Part shown: in pieces, positions 49,052 through 57,561 of the stretch
How positions within the stretch are numbered: the first letter of the stretch is position 1
Layout of the letters: each line of letters opens with the position of its first letter
NCBI GenBank assembly: GCA_028687275.1
Contig: JAQUAK010000001.1
Span: 164,213-228,212, forward strand
DNA: 64,000 bases
Source of the DNA: Patescibacteria group bacterium
GTDB lineage: Bacteria > Patescibacteriota > Patescibacteriia > Patescibacteriales > UBA12465
Direction: 5' to 3'
Notes under the pieces: model-generated
What the model saw: only the letters and a program-made list of their open reading frames with translations
Database searches by the model: none
What the model was told of the DNA's origin: nothing
Position numbers and translations under genes: made by a program

Positions 49052-51838
49052 ATGAAATTTAAATTACTGCTACTTTTATTAATCCCAGCTGCCTTCTTAT
49101 TAAATGCCTCAGTGGCTAAGGCAGACCTTTGTACTACTGACACTAAGGTTAATGTAGTTGCTCGTGATCCTGGTGGTGTTTATATCCCTGGGATTAAGGC
49201 GGAAATATATACTCAAGTGATTGATGCTAATGGCGCAACTAAGCCGGGCACAAAGATGGCCAGTGCGTCAGCTAATGCCAGTACTGGCATTGCTACTTTA
49301 ACTTTCCGCAATAGAGACGCACAACAAGCTATTTATGCCTTACGCATTCAATCTATCTCTAAGGAATTTACCAGCTACTGGTATTATAATTTGACTTTAA
49401 ATTGTGGCGAAGAGGTCAGCGTAGATAAAACTTTAAGTGGGATTAATTTTGTGCTTAGAGATTATAATGGTGACCTATTATACAACACTAAATTTAATGT
49501 TTATAGTCAGAAATATGATGCCGATGGTAATCCCATTAAACAAAGCAAGGATTTAGTGGCCTCTTTAGATAGTGGTAATAGTGGTTCTGCTCAAATCTAT
49601 GTGCCTCAGGGCAGTGTTCGTAGCATCGATGGCAATCAAGGTGATTATTATATGTTGGAGATGACTCGTGATCGTAAAGTTTTTAGTTTATATGATATTA
49701 AAGTACTAGATGGACTAATGACTTTTTCTGAATATTATTCTAGTGCTGTGAAAATCACTTTACGCACTTCTTTAGGGGCTCTTTTTCCAAGTGGTACTAA
49801 GATTCAAGTCTATCAACAAACCATTGATAGTGATAATAATGATGCTCAAGGCGATCAGGTGGGTGAGTTTGTCACTAATGACGAGGGCTATGGTATTTTT
49901 GAATACCCAGCTGGCTTGTATGTTCTAGGGATAAAGAATGATAGCAGTCAGTATAATTATTTGTGGGATGTAGAAATTATGGAAGGGCAGTTAAACGAAT
50001 ATGATTGGCAGGTGGGCAATAATGTGCAAACAGGGAATGAAACCTGTAGTGAATCGTCTCAGTTAACTCTTAATTTGATTGGGATTAATGGCGATCCTTT
50101 GAGTGCTTTTAAATATGAAATTTATGAACAGGATGCGGATGTTTTTGGTCGTCCCATCCCTGGTCGAAAAATAAAAAGTGGGACTACTAATTCAGCCGGT
50201 CGGGCCGAGCTAGTCTTTAAGCCAGACTCAAGAAAAAGTTATGTCGTTAAGGTTTATGATAAGAAAAGTGATGTCGGTGAATTTTGGTTCTTTGATGCGG
50301 CTAGATTTACTTGTGGTTATGACCGTGCTGTTACCAAGAGCTTGCCTTATTTAAGAATTATCTTGCGCGATGGACAGGGAAATCTAAAAACTAATGCTTC
50401 TTTCTCTCTTTATGAACAGAGCTTTGATGTTGATAATAATCCAATTAAAGCTACTAATAAGTTAGTGACAAGTATGAAGACTGGTAATGATGGCTCCGCT
50501 ATTATGTATGTTGCTCCTGCTCATTCCTTTGACCAAAATCGTCGTGGTTTATATGTGTTATCAGCCACCATTGGCAAAACAGTCTTTGACGCCTATAACA
50601 TTGCAGTTACCGCTAATCAGAATGCAACTTTTGAATATGTATTTAGTGATTTGTCTTTAAGTTTAAAGTCAGCCGCGGGTCAAGCTTTAGCTAATAAAGA
50701 AGTGAAGCTGAAGGCTCAAGTTAAAGACGGTAATAAATATTTATTAGGTGATGAGCTAAGTAGCGGCAAGACCGATGACTCTGGCTTATTGCAATTTGAA
50801 TATCCGGCTGGAACCTATGCCTTAGTCGTCACTGATGATTTTAAACAAGATAATATTTTTTGGGATGTAGTTATTAAAGACCGACAAAGTAATCGGGCGA
50901 CTTTAAGTGCTAATTTAACTCGAGTTAGTTTGTCTCATCCTTTAGGAGAAATGTCTTCACTTGGCTCGGCTTTAACAGTCTACTCTCTTTATGAAAATGG
51001 CGGCTATTTCTACAAAGATAAAGAAGTTGGAACAATTAAACTTTCAAGTACTAAGCAAGGCGAAGCCTTATTGGCTGATGGTCCTTATCTAATTTCCTAT
51101 GTTGATAAATCTAAAGTGGAATATGGACAGGCTTTCTGGGCGGAGAATGATAAGCTAAATACTATAAAGATTAAAATCGAAAAAACACAGCAGATTGATG
51201 TTGGTCAGAAATTTTCTGTAACTAAACCGGCCCGAGCAACAGCTATTGTAAGTAGCAGCCCTACAACCACAGGTAATAGCGCTAGCACTAATTTGAGTAA
51301 GCGTTTAGCCGGCTATATATTATTACAAGTTGAAGATAAGGGTAAAGCTTGGTATCTTAATCCTACTGATAGTAAACGTTATTATTTAGCTAATGGTGCC
51401 GGTGCTTATCAAATTATGCGTAAGGCTGGCGTTGGCATTACTGATAAAGATTTAAGTAAAATCCCGATTGGCGTGGATGCTCGTTTTGCTAAAGGCGATA
51501 GTGACGGCGATTTATTACCAGACGGTTTAGAGGTGTCTATTGGTAGTGACCCTCATAATAGCGACAGTGATGGTGATGGCTTTCTAGATGGAGCAGAAGT
51601 GCGTGATTCCTATAACCCTATTGGTAGTGGCCGTTTAAACTATGATTTAAATTTTGCTAATAAGTTAAAGGGCAAAATTCTATTACAAGTACAAAAAAAT
51701 GGGGAAGCGTGGTATGTAAATCCTGCTGATGGTAAACGCTACTACTTAGGTAATGGTGACTTAGCCTTTCAAATTATGCGTTATTTAAGTTTGGGTATTT
51801 CTAATCAGAATTTAGCCACGATTAATGTCGGTCAATAA
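49052..51838 (+). CDS. Large secreted repeat protein: about 7 prealbumin/CarboxypepD_reg-like repeats, then two copies of an AWYxNPxDxKRYYL module flanking thrombospondin-type-3-like Ca-binding repeats
   Basis: Signal peptide ending AKA. Recurring ...Y.Q..D..GNPIK...SG.(T/K)...G.A...(P/V) units. DSDGDLLPDGLE...DSDGDGFLDGAE. Confidence 0.6.
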   Translation: MKFKLLLLLLIPAAFLLNASVAKADLCTTDTKVNVVARDPGGVYIPGIKAEIYTQVIDANGATKPGTKMASASANASTGIATLTFRNRDAQQAIYALRIQSISKEFTSYWYYNLTLNCGEEVSVDKTLSGINFVLRDYNGDLLYNTKFNVYSQKYDADGNPIKQSKDLVASLDSGNSGSAQIYVPQGSVRSIDGNQGDYYMLEMTRDRKVFSLYDIKVLDGLMTFSEYYSSAVKITLRTSLGALFPSGTKIQVYQQTIDSDNNDAQGDQVGEFVTNDEGYGIFEYPAGLYVLGIKNDSSQYNYLWDVEIMEGQLNEYDWQVGNNVQTGNETCSESSQLTLNLIGINGDPLSAFKYEIYEQDADVFGRPIPGRKIKSGTTNSAGRAELVFKPDSRKSYVVKVYDKKSDVGEFWFFDAARFTCGYDRAVTKSLPYLRIILRDGQGNLKTNASFSLYEQSFDVDNNPIKATNKLVTSMKTGNDGSAIMYVAPAHSFDQNRRGLYVLSATIGKTVFDAYNIAVTANQNATFEYVFSDLSLSLKSAAGQALANKEVKLKAQVKDGNKYLLGDELSSGKTDDSGLLQFEYPAGTYALVVTDDFKQDNIFWDVVIKDRQSNRATLSANLTRVSLSHPLGEMSSLGSALTVYSLYENGGYFYKDKEVGTIKLSSTKQGEALLADGPYLISYVDKSKVEYGQAFWAENDKLNTIKIKIEKTQQIDVGQKFSVTKPARATAIVSSSPTTTGNSASTNLSKRLAGYILLQVEDKGKAWYLNPTDSKRYYLANGAGAYQIMRKAGVGITDKDLSKIPIGVDARFAKGDSDGDLLPDGLEVSIGSDPHNSDSDGDGFLDGAEVRDSYNPIGSGRLNYDLNFANKLKGKILLQVQKNGEAWYVNPADGKRYYLGNGDLAFQIMRYLSLGISNQNLATINVGQ

Positions 51839-51842
51839 TATT

Positions 51843-52841
51843 ATGAACATAAACTCCGATCAATTTCAGTGGCCCCCGCTCGGTCAGGATCGAGCTGTTT
51901 CTTTTTTGGAAAAAAGTATTCTATCAGGTAAATTAACCCAAAGTTATATTTTTTCTGGTCCTAAGGACTTAGGTAAGACTAGTTTGGCCCTGGCTTTTGC
52001 TCGTAATCTTTGGAATTTTGATCGACAAACTGAAGCAAGTAGTGATAATTTTTCGAGTTTAAATACAGATTTAAATATCTTAGAAAAAGAAGTTGATAAA
52101 AAACAAATCGGAGTTGAGCAAACGCGTGACTTTATTAAAAAGTTAGGGCTGAGTTCTTTTCTTAACTCTTATAAAGTTGGTATTATTAAAGATGCGGAAT
52201 TATTATCTATTGAAGCCCAAAACGCTCTTTTAAAAACCTTAGAAGAACCCAGAGAGAAAGTGATGATAATTTTAATCACGGAAAATGTTGAGCTCCTCAC
52301 CCCTACTATCACTTCTCGCTCACAGGTTCTATACTTTTACCCTGTATCAGGAGGCGCTGTTTATGATTATCTTTTAGCTAGTTCAGAAATAAATAGATCC
52401 CTAGCTAAGGAAATCGCGGCCGCTTCTATGGGTAGGCCCTTGCAGGCCTTGCATTGGTTAGAGAATATTGATGATTATCATGAGCAAAGGGAGCTAGTGG
52501 AAAAATTATTTAACTTCATTAATGAAGATTTAGGCGGACGTTTAGATTTAATTGAATCATTAACTAAGGCTAAGGATTTTTCTTTAGAAAAAGCTGAAGT
52601 TTATTTACATATTTTTGAAGGCCTATGGCATGATGCCCTACTTATTTCTTTGGGCCATGAAGACCATCTGCGTTATCCTAATTTTCGTGAAGCTTGGCTA
52701 CAATATTTTAAAAAACAGGCTGATGGTGATGAAAGTTATCGTGCTTTTATTAATTTAAAACAACTGCAAAAGTCTGGTGAATATTTACGAGGCTTTGTTA
52801 GCCCAAAAAGTGTTTTAGAAAGTTTAAGTCTTTATTTTTAA
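51843..52841 (+). CDS. holB: DNA polymerase III delta' subunit
   Basis: GPKDLGKTSLA, ALLKTLEEP, TITSRSQ. Start at MNINSD; the track ORF starts at 51825. Confidence 0.78.
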   Translation: MNINSDQFQWPPLGQDRAVSFLEKSILSGKLTQSYIFSGPKDLGKTSLALAFARNLWNFDRQTEASSDNFSSLNTDLNILEKEVDKKQIGVEQTRDFIKKLGLSSFLNSYKVGIIKDAELLSIEAQNALLKTLEEPREKVMIILITENVELLTPTITSRSQVLYFYPVSGGAVYDYLLASSEINRSLAKEIAAASMGRPLQALHWLENIDDYHEQRELVEKLFNFINEDLGGRLDLIESLTKAKDFSLEKAEVYLHIFEGLWHDALLISLGHEDHLRYPNFREAWLQYFKKQADGDESYRAFINLKQLQKSGEYLRGFVSPKSVLESLSLYF

Positions 52842-52845
52842 TTTT

Positions 52846-53952
52846 ATGTCTTATCTTAAATTAGGTATTTTACTTCTAGCCTTTGCCGCCCTTACTTCCG
52901 CTTGTAGCGTTTCTTTGGGCTCAAATAGTGTCGGCACAGCTAATGACGGTGGCGTTTGGTTGTCAGGAGACAAGGGTGCGACTTGGCGACAGGTATCATC
53001 AATTCCAACCATTAGCGGTCGTCCGGGTAGTTTAGCTAATACTGATATCAATATGCTTAGTATTGATGCTCAGGATAGTTCAGCCGTTTATTTAGGCACA
53101 ATTAGCAAGGGTTTGTACTACACCTATAATGTTAATAATGGTTGGGTCGCCATGGATAATTTAGGGCAGGGTACAATTAATGATGTTAAAGTTGACCCAA
53201 AGGCAAAATGTACCTTATTTGTGGCTATTACCAACCGTCTCTATCGTTCACTTGATTGTGGCCGCGGTTGGCAGCAAGTTTATTTTGATAATAATCCTGG
53301 TGTCAATGTAACTACCATTGCCATTGATCATTATAATAGTGAAAATATCTATATTGGCACCTCACGTGGTGATATTATTAAGAGTATTGATCGCGGTTTA
53401 GCTTGGCGCACGATTCAGCGTGTGAATGATAATATTGCTCGTATAATTATTTCTCCTCAGGATAGCCGCTTAGTGTTTGTGGCCACAAATAAGAGTAATA
53501 TTTATAGTTTCTATTCTAATTCGGTAACTGTGCCAAAAGATTCGGCTAATGTTGATAAAAATTTTGCCGTTGATAACTGGCAGGATTTAAGTTTGGTTTT
53601 AAAGGATTTTAATTTAGGTTCTAATTTTCGTGATATTGTAGTTTCTCCAAGTGACGCTTCTTTATTTTTAGCCACTGAGAAAGCGATCGTGCGTTCACCA
53701 GACCAAGGTCTAACTTGGGAAAACATTAAGTTGCTTACTCCGGAAAAAGACGCTATTATAAATGCAATTGCTATTAATCCTAATAATTCTCAGGAGATTT
53801 ATTATGTCACTAATACCACTTTCTTTAGTTCGCCTGACGGCGGGGTAACCTGGATTACTAAAAAATTGAGCACCAGCCGCGCTGGTTGGGAGTTATTAGT
53901 TGACTTTAATAACCCTAAAAATATTTATTTGGGCACTAAGAAATTACAATAA
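52846..53952 (+). CDS. Lipoprotein with BNR/Asp-box repeats (beta-propeller, Ycf48/sialidase-like)
   Basis: Lipobox LTSAC. Five SxDxGxxW boxes: SGDKGATW, SLDCGRGW, SIDRGLAW, SPDQGLTW, SPDGGVTW. Confidence 0.7.
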   Translation: MSYLKLGILLLAFAALTSACSVSLGSNSVGTANDGGVWLSGDKGATWRQVSSIPTISGRPGSLANTDINMLSIDAQDSSAVYLGTISKGLYYTYNVNNGWVAMDNLGQGTINDVKVDPKAKCTLFVAITNRLYRSLDCGRGWQQVYFDNNPGVNVTTIAIDHYNSENIYIGTSRGDIIKSIDRGLAWRTIQRVNDNIARIIISPQDSRLVFVATNKSNIYSFYSNSVTVPKDSANVDKNFAVDNWQDLSLVLKDFNLGSNFRDIVVSPSDASLFLATEKAIVRSPDQGLTWENIKLLTPEKDAIINAIAINPNNSQEIYYVTNTTFFSSPDGGVTWITKKLSTSRAGWELLVDFNNPKNIYLGTKKLQ

Positions 53953-53965
53953 TAATTTAAAATTT

Positions 53966-54520
53966 ATGAATACTTATTTAAGTGAAGAAGCAGAGAGTTT
54001 TGCCAATGCCTTAGACTTTTTTAAGCGTGATATTGCTACTTTAAGAACAGGCAGGGCTAGCCTAGCCGTTTTAGATAATGTGCAGGTTGAGGCCTATGGC
54101 GTCTTAAATCCAATTAATGCTGTGGCTAACATTACTGTGGCCGATGCTCGTAGTATTATCATTGCCCCTTGGGATAAAGGTATCTCTAAAGACATTGAAA
54201 AGGCAATTATCGAGGCTGATTTAGGTTTAGGTATTGTTAACGAGGGTGATAAGGTGCGTTTGAGTGTGCCGGCTTTAACTGAGGAAACTCGCAAAGAGAC
54301 GGTGAAGAAATTGAATGAAAAAATGGAGAAAGCACGTATTAATATACGTCAGGCCCGTGAAGAGGTAAAAAACGCGATTGAAAAAGCAGAAACAGCTAAA
54401 GAAATTTCTGAAGATGAGAAGTTTCGCTACGAGAAAGAAATGGATGAATATGTGAGTAAAAAGAACGATGAGTTAAAAGTGATGAGAGATAACAAAGAAA
54501 AGGATATAATGGATATTTAA
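53966..54520 (+). CDS. frr: Ribosome recycling factor
   Basis: LRTGRASLAVLDNVQVEAYG, NIRQAREE. ATG at 53966. Confidence 0.93.
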   Translation: MNTYLSEEAESFANALDFFKRDIATLRTGRASLAVLDNVQVEAYGVLNPINAVANITVADARSIIIAPWDKGISKDIEKAIIEADLGLGIVNEGDKVRLSVPALTEETRKETVKKLNEKMEKARINIRQAREEVKNAIEKAETAKEISEDEKFRYEKEMDEYVSKKNDELKVMRDNKEKDIMDI

Positions 54521-54544
54521 TTTTTGACGTTAACACAATAATTT

Positions 54545-55687
54545 ATGATAACAGCTATAATTTTTATATTAGTATTGTCGGTCTTAGTTTTTGTGCATGA
54601 GCTGGGCCACTTTTTTACTGCTCGACGTTTAGGCGTGAAGGCAGATGAGTTTGGCTTTGGTTTTCCACCTAGAGCTTTAGGGGTATATAAAGACGTCAAC
54701 GGTCGTTGGCGTCATTTTTGGGGTAATAAAGCCTTAGATAGCTTGCCTGAGGGGCAAGAAGCAGCTGGCACCGTTTATTCGCTGAATTGGTTGCCTTTGG
54801 GTGGTTTTGTGCGTATTAAGGGTGAAAATGGAGAAGGCAAACAAGAAGCTGATAGTTTTGCAGCCAAGTCTTTATGGCGCCGAGCTTTAATTTTAGCGGC
54901 TGGTGTCATTATGAATATTGTCTTAGCGGCAGTTCTATTATCAGTCGGTTATATGATTGGTATGCCTCAGTCTTTGGAAGATGCAAGACCTTCTGCTCAT
55001 ATTACTCAAGCGGAGATATTAGTGGTAGAGACATTGGCTGATTCGCCAGCTCAAAAAGCTGGTATTCAAACCGGTGATATAATTGTCGCTATTAACGGCG
55101 AAGCTGTTAGTAGTCATGAGCAATTACAAACTTCATTAGCTACTAATCAGGGGGAAGCGGTAGATGTATTACTTAAAACTGAGCAGGGTTCAAAACATTT
55201 AGAAATAGTTCCGGAAATGATTGCCGGCACAAATAACCCTGGGCTTGGCGTTTCCATTTATTCTTCAGCTACGATTCGCTATCCTTTCTTTATTGCTATT
55301 TGGGAGGGAATCAAAATGACGGGAGTGATGTTTTGGGCCATCATTGTTGCTTTCTATGGCTTGATTGTTGGTTTATTTAGCGGCGCTAGTATGGGCGCAC
55401 AAGTAGCAGGTCCAGTTGGTATTGCCACTTTAACCGGTCAGGTTGCTAGTTTAGGCTTTGCCTATTTACTCCAGTTTATGGCCCTATTATCTCTTAATTT
55501 AGCCCTGATTAATATCTTACCTTTTCCTGCTCTTGATGGTGGACGCTTACTCTTTCTACTCATTGAAAAGTTTAAGGGCAAGCCCGTACGTCAATCAGTC
55601 GAGGCTTGGATTCATACTATTGGTTTCTGGCTGTTAATTATATTAATCGTCTTTGTTACCTATAAGGATATTGTTCGTTTATTTTAA
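54545..55687 (+). CDS. rseP: RIP site-2 metalloprotease RseP/YaeL family
   Basis: HELGHF, PDZ region (GDIIVAINGEAV), NILPFPALDGG. Confidence 0.9.
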   Translation: MITAIIFILVLSVLVFVHELGHFFTARRLGVKADEFGFGFPPRALGVYKDVNGRWRHFWGNKALDSLPEGQEAAGTVYSLNWLPLGGFVRIKGENGEGKQEADSFAAKSLWRRALILAAGVIMNIVLAAVLLSVGYMIGMPQSLEDARPSAHITQAEILVVETLADSPAQKAGIQTGDIIVAINGEAVSSHEQLQTSLATNQGEAVDVLLKTEQGSKHLEIVPEMIAGTNNPGLGVSIYSSATIRYPFFIAIWEGIKMTGVMFWAIIVAFYGLIVGLFSGASMGAQVAGPVGIATLTGQVASLGFAYLLQFMALLSLNLALINILPFPALDGGRLLFLLIEKFKGKPVRQSVEAWIHTIGFWLLIILIVFVTYKDIVRLF

Positions 55688-55756
55688 TAATTATTAATTT
55701 GTCTTGAGTAATTTATGATAAGGTTTACATAATTACTTTTAGACATCATTAGGCAT

Positions 55757-56080
55757 ATGAAAATAAATTTGAAAGCTAGTAATATTGAATTAACTGATGC
55801 TATTAAAGAATACGTACAGACTAAAGTAGATATGCTAGAAAAGTATTTAGGCGACACCCAGGTAATTAATTGTGATTTTGAAGTCGCTAAATCAGTCGGA
55901 GGACAGAATAAAGGAGAAATCTACCGGGCGGAAATAAATTTGGATATTCCTGGGGAGTTGTTGAGAGTTGATAAGACAGAAGTTGATTTATATAAGGCAA
56001 TTGATAAGGTAAAAGATCATATGGAAGAAATGATTATTAGTCATCGTGAAAAATTACGTGATCAAAGGAGAGGAAAATAA
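55757..56080 (+). CDS. hpf: Ribosome hibernation factor (short HPF/RaiA)
   Basis: 107 aa. IELTDAIKEYVQTKV and the charged C-terminus are typical. Confidence 0.85.
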   Translation: MKINLKASNIELTDAIKEYVQTKVDMLEKYLGDTQVINCDFEVAKSVGGQNKGEIYRAEINLDIPGELLRVDKTEVDLYKAIDKVKDHMEEMIISHREKLRDQRRGK

Positions 56081-56101
56081 AATTTAAATAAAACTGGGGA
56101 T

Positions 56102-56137
56102 AACAGAGGTCAAAATGACCTCTGTTTTTGTTTTTTT
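56102..56137 (+). terminator. hpf terminator
   Basis: aacagaggtc-aaaat-gacctctgtt followed by a long T run. Confidence 0.75.
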
Positions 56138-56152
56138 ACTAACCTTCGCTAG

Positions 56153-56212
56153 TTGTCCCATTACACCTTATATGGTATAATAGCCATTAGCTTAGGCACT
56201 ATATGTAGATAT
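56153..56212 (+). promoter_or_regulatory. nrd promoter with two NrdR-box-like sites
   Basis: TTGTCC (56153-58), 17-nt spacer, TATAAT (56176-81, with TGG upstream). ACACCTTATATGGTAT (56163-78) and GCACTATATGTAGATA (56196-211) compared with the remembered consensus acaCwAtATaTwGtgt. Confidence 0.4.
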
Positions 56213-56249
56213 TTGCTTTAGCTATTAAAAACTAATTATTTAAGAACAT

Positions 56250-57533
56250 ATGGTAGATAATTTGGAGCTATCCATTAAAAAAAGGAATGGCCTCGTCCTC
56301 GCTTTTGATAAGGAAAAAGTGGCCGTGGCTGTTTTAAAAGCGATGCAGGCAGTTAATCACGGAGAAAGAAGTGATGCCGACATCATTGCCACTGTGGTTG
56401 AGCAAAGAGTGAAGGAAATAAAGCAGGAAAAGCCTCAACAGATTCTTAATGTTGAAGACATACAAGACCTGGTAGAGGAATTATTAATGTCTAAAGATTT
56501 TCACGATGTGGCTAAGGCCTATATCTTGTATCGAGATAAGCGTGCCTCCTTAAGACGTCGTGATATTTTTAAGAAAAGAACGAACTTAAAGCCCTATGAA
56601 TATCCAGAGCTTTATGAATATGTTAGTGCTATTCGTCATTCCTATTGGATTCATACTGAATTTAATTATGTGAGTGATATTCAGGATTTTAAGACTAATG
56701 TTAATGAAGCCGAACAGAATGCTATTAAAAATACGATGTTAGCAATTGCCCAGATTGAAGTGGCGGTGAAGGCCTTCTGGGGTGATATTTTTAAGAAATT
56801 ACCCAAGCCAGAAATTGCTGCCGTTGGCTTTACTTTCGCTGAGAGTGAGGTCAGACATATGGATGCCTACTCGCATTTATTAGAAATTCTTGGCTTAAAT
56901 GATGAATTTAGCAAGATTAAAGATATTCCCGCTTTAATGGAGCGAGTGGAATATTTGGAAGATTCAATTAGTACTTCTAAAAGTGAAGATGATCGTGAAT
57001 ATGCTTTAGCTATTCTGCTATTTTCTCTATTTATTGAACATGTCTCTCTCTTTTCTCAGTTTCTAATCATGATGTCCTTTAACAAGCATCGCAATTTATT
57101 CAAAGGAATTTCTAACGCAGTCGAGGCAACTTCTAAGGAGGAGCAGATTCATGGCCTATTTGGCATTGAAGTAATTAATCTAATTAAAGCCGAGCATCCA
57201 GAATGGTTTAACGATGCTTTTAAAGAAAAAATTGTGACTGCTTGCGAGCAGGCTTTTGTCTCTGAGCAGAAGGTGGTTGATTGGATTTTAGAAAAAGGAG
57301 AATTAGATTTCTTGCCCAAGACTGTGATTATTGAGTTTATTAAAAATAGATTAAATAATTCTTTGGATAGCATTGGTATGGCTAGAATTTTTCCAGTTGA
57401 TGAAAAGCTATTAGAACAAACCGAATGGTTTGATGAGGAGGTAGCAACTACTAAACACGGAGACTTCTTTGTGAAGCGCTCAATTAATTATAATAAACGC
57501 AGTCAAAGTATTACCGGTGACGATTTATTCTAA
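56250..57533 (+). CDS. nrdB: Class I ribonucleotide reductase beta subunit with an N-terminal ATP-cone
   Basis: ATP-cone: IKKRNGLVLAFDKEKV...VEDIQDLVEELL...AKAYILYRDKR. Ferritin-like ligand blocks ESEVRHMDAY, FIEHVSLF, KEEQIH. Confidence 0.85.
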   Translation: MVDNLELSIKKRNGLVLAFDKEKVAVAVLKAMQAVNHGERSDADIIATVVEQRVKEIKQEKPQQILNVEDIQDLVEELLMSKDFHDVAKAYILYRDKRASLRRRDIFKKRTNLKPYEYPELYEYVSAIRHSYWIHTEFNYVSDIQDFKTNVNEAEQNAIKNTMLAIAQIEVAVKAFWGDIFKKLPKPEIAAVGFTFAESEVRHMDAYSHLLEILGLNDEFSKIKDIPALMERVEYLEDSISTSKSEDDREYALAILLFSLFIEHVSLFSQFLIMMSFNKHRNLFKGISNAVEATSKEEQIHGLFGIEVINLIKAEHPEWFNDAFKEKIVTACEQAFVSEQKVVDWILEKGELDFLPKTVIIEFIKNRLNNSLDSIGMARIFPVDEKLLEQTEWFDEEVATTKHGDFFVKRSINYNKRSQSITGDDLF

Positions 57534-57561
57534 TATTTATAAATTTATTTTTACATAACAT

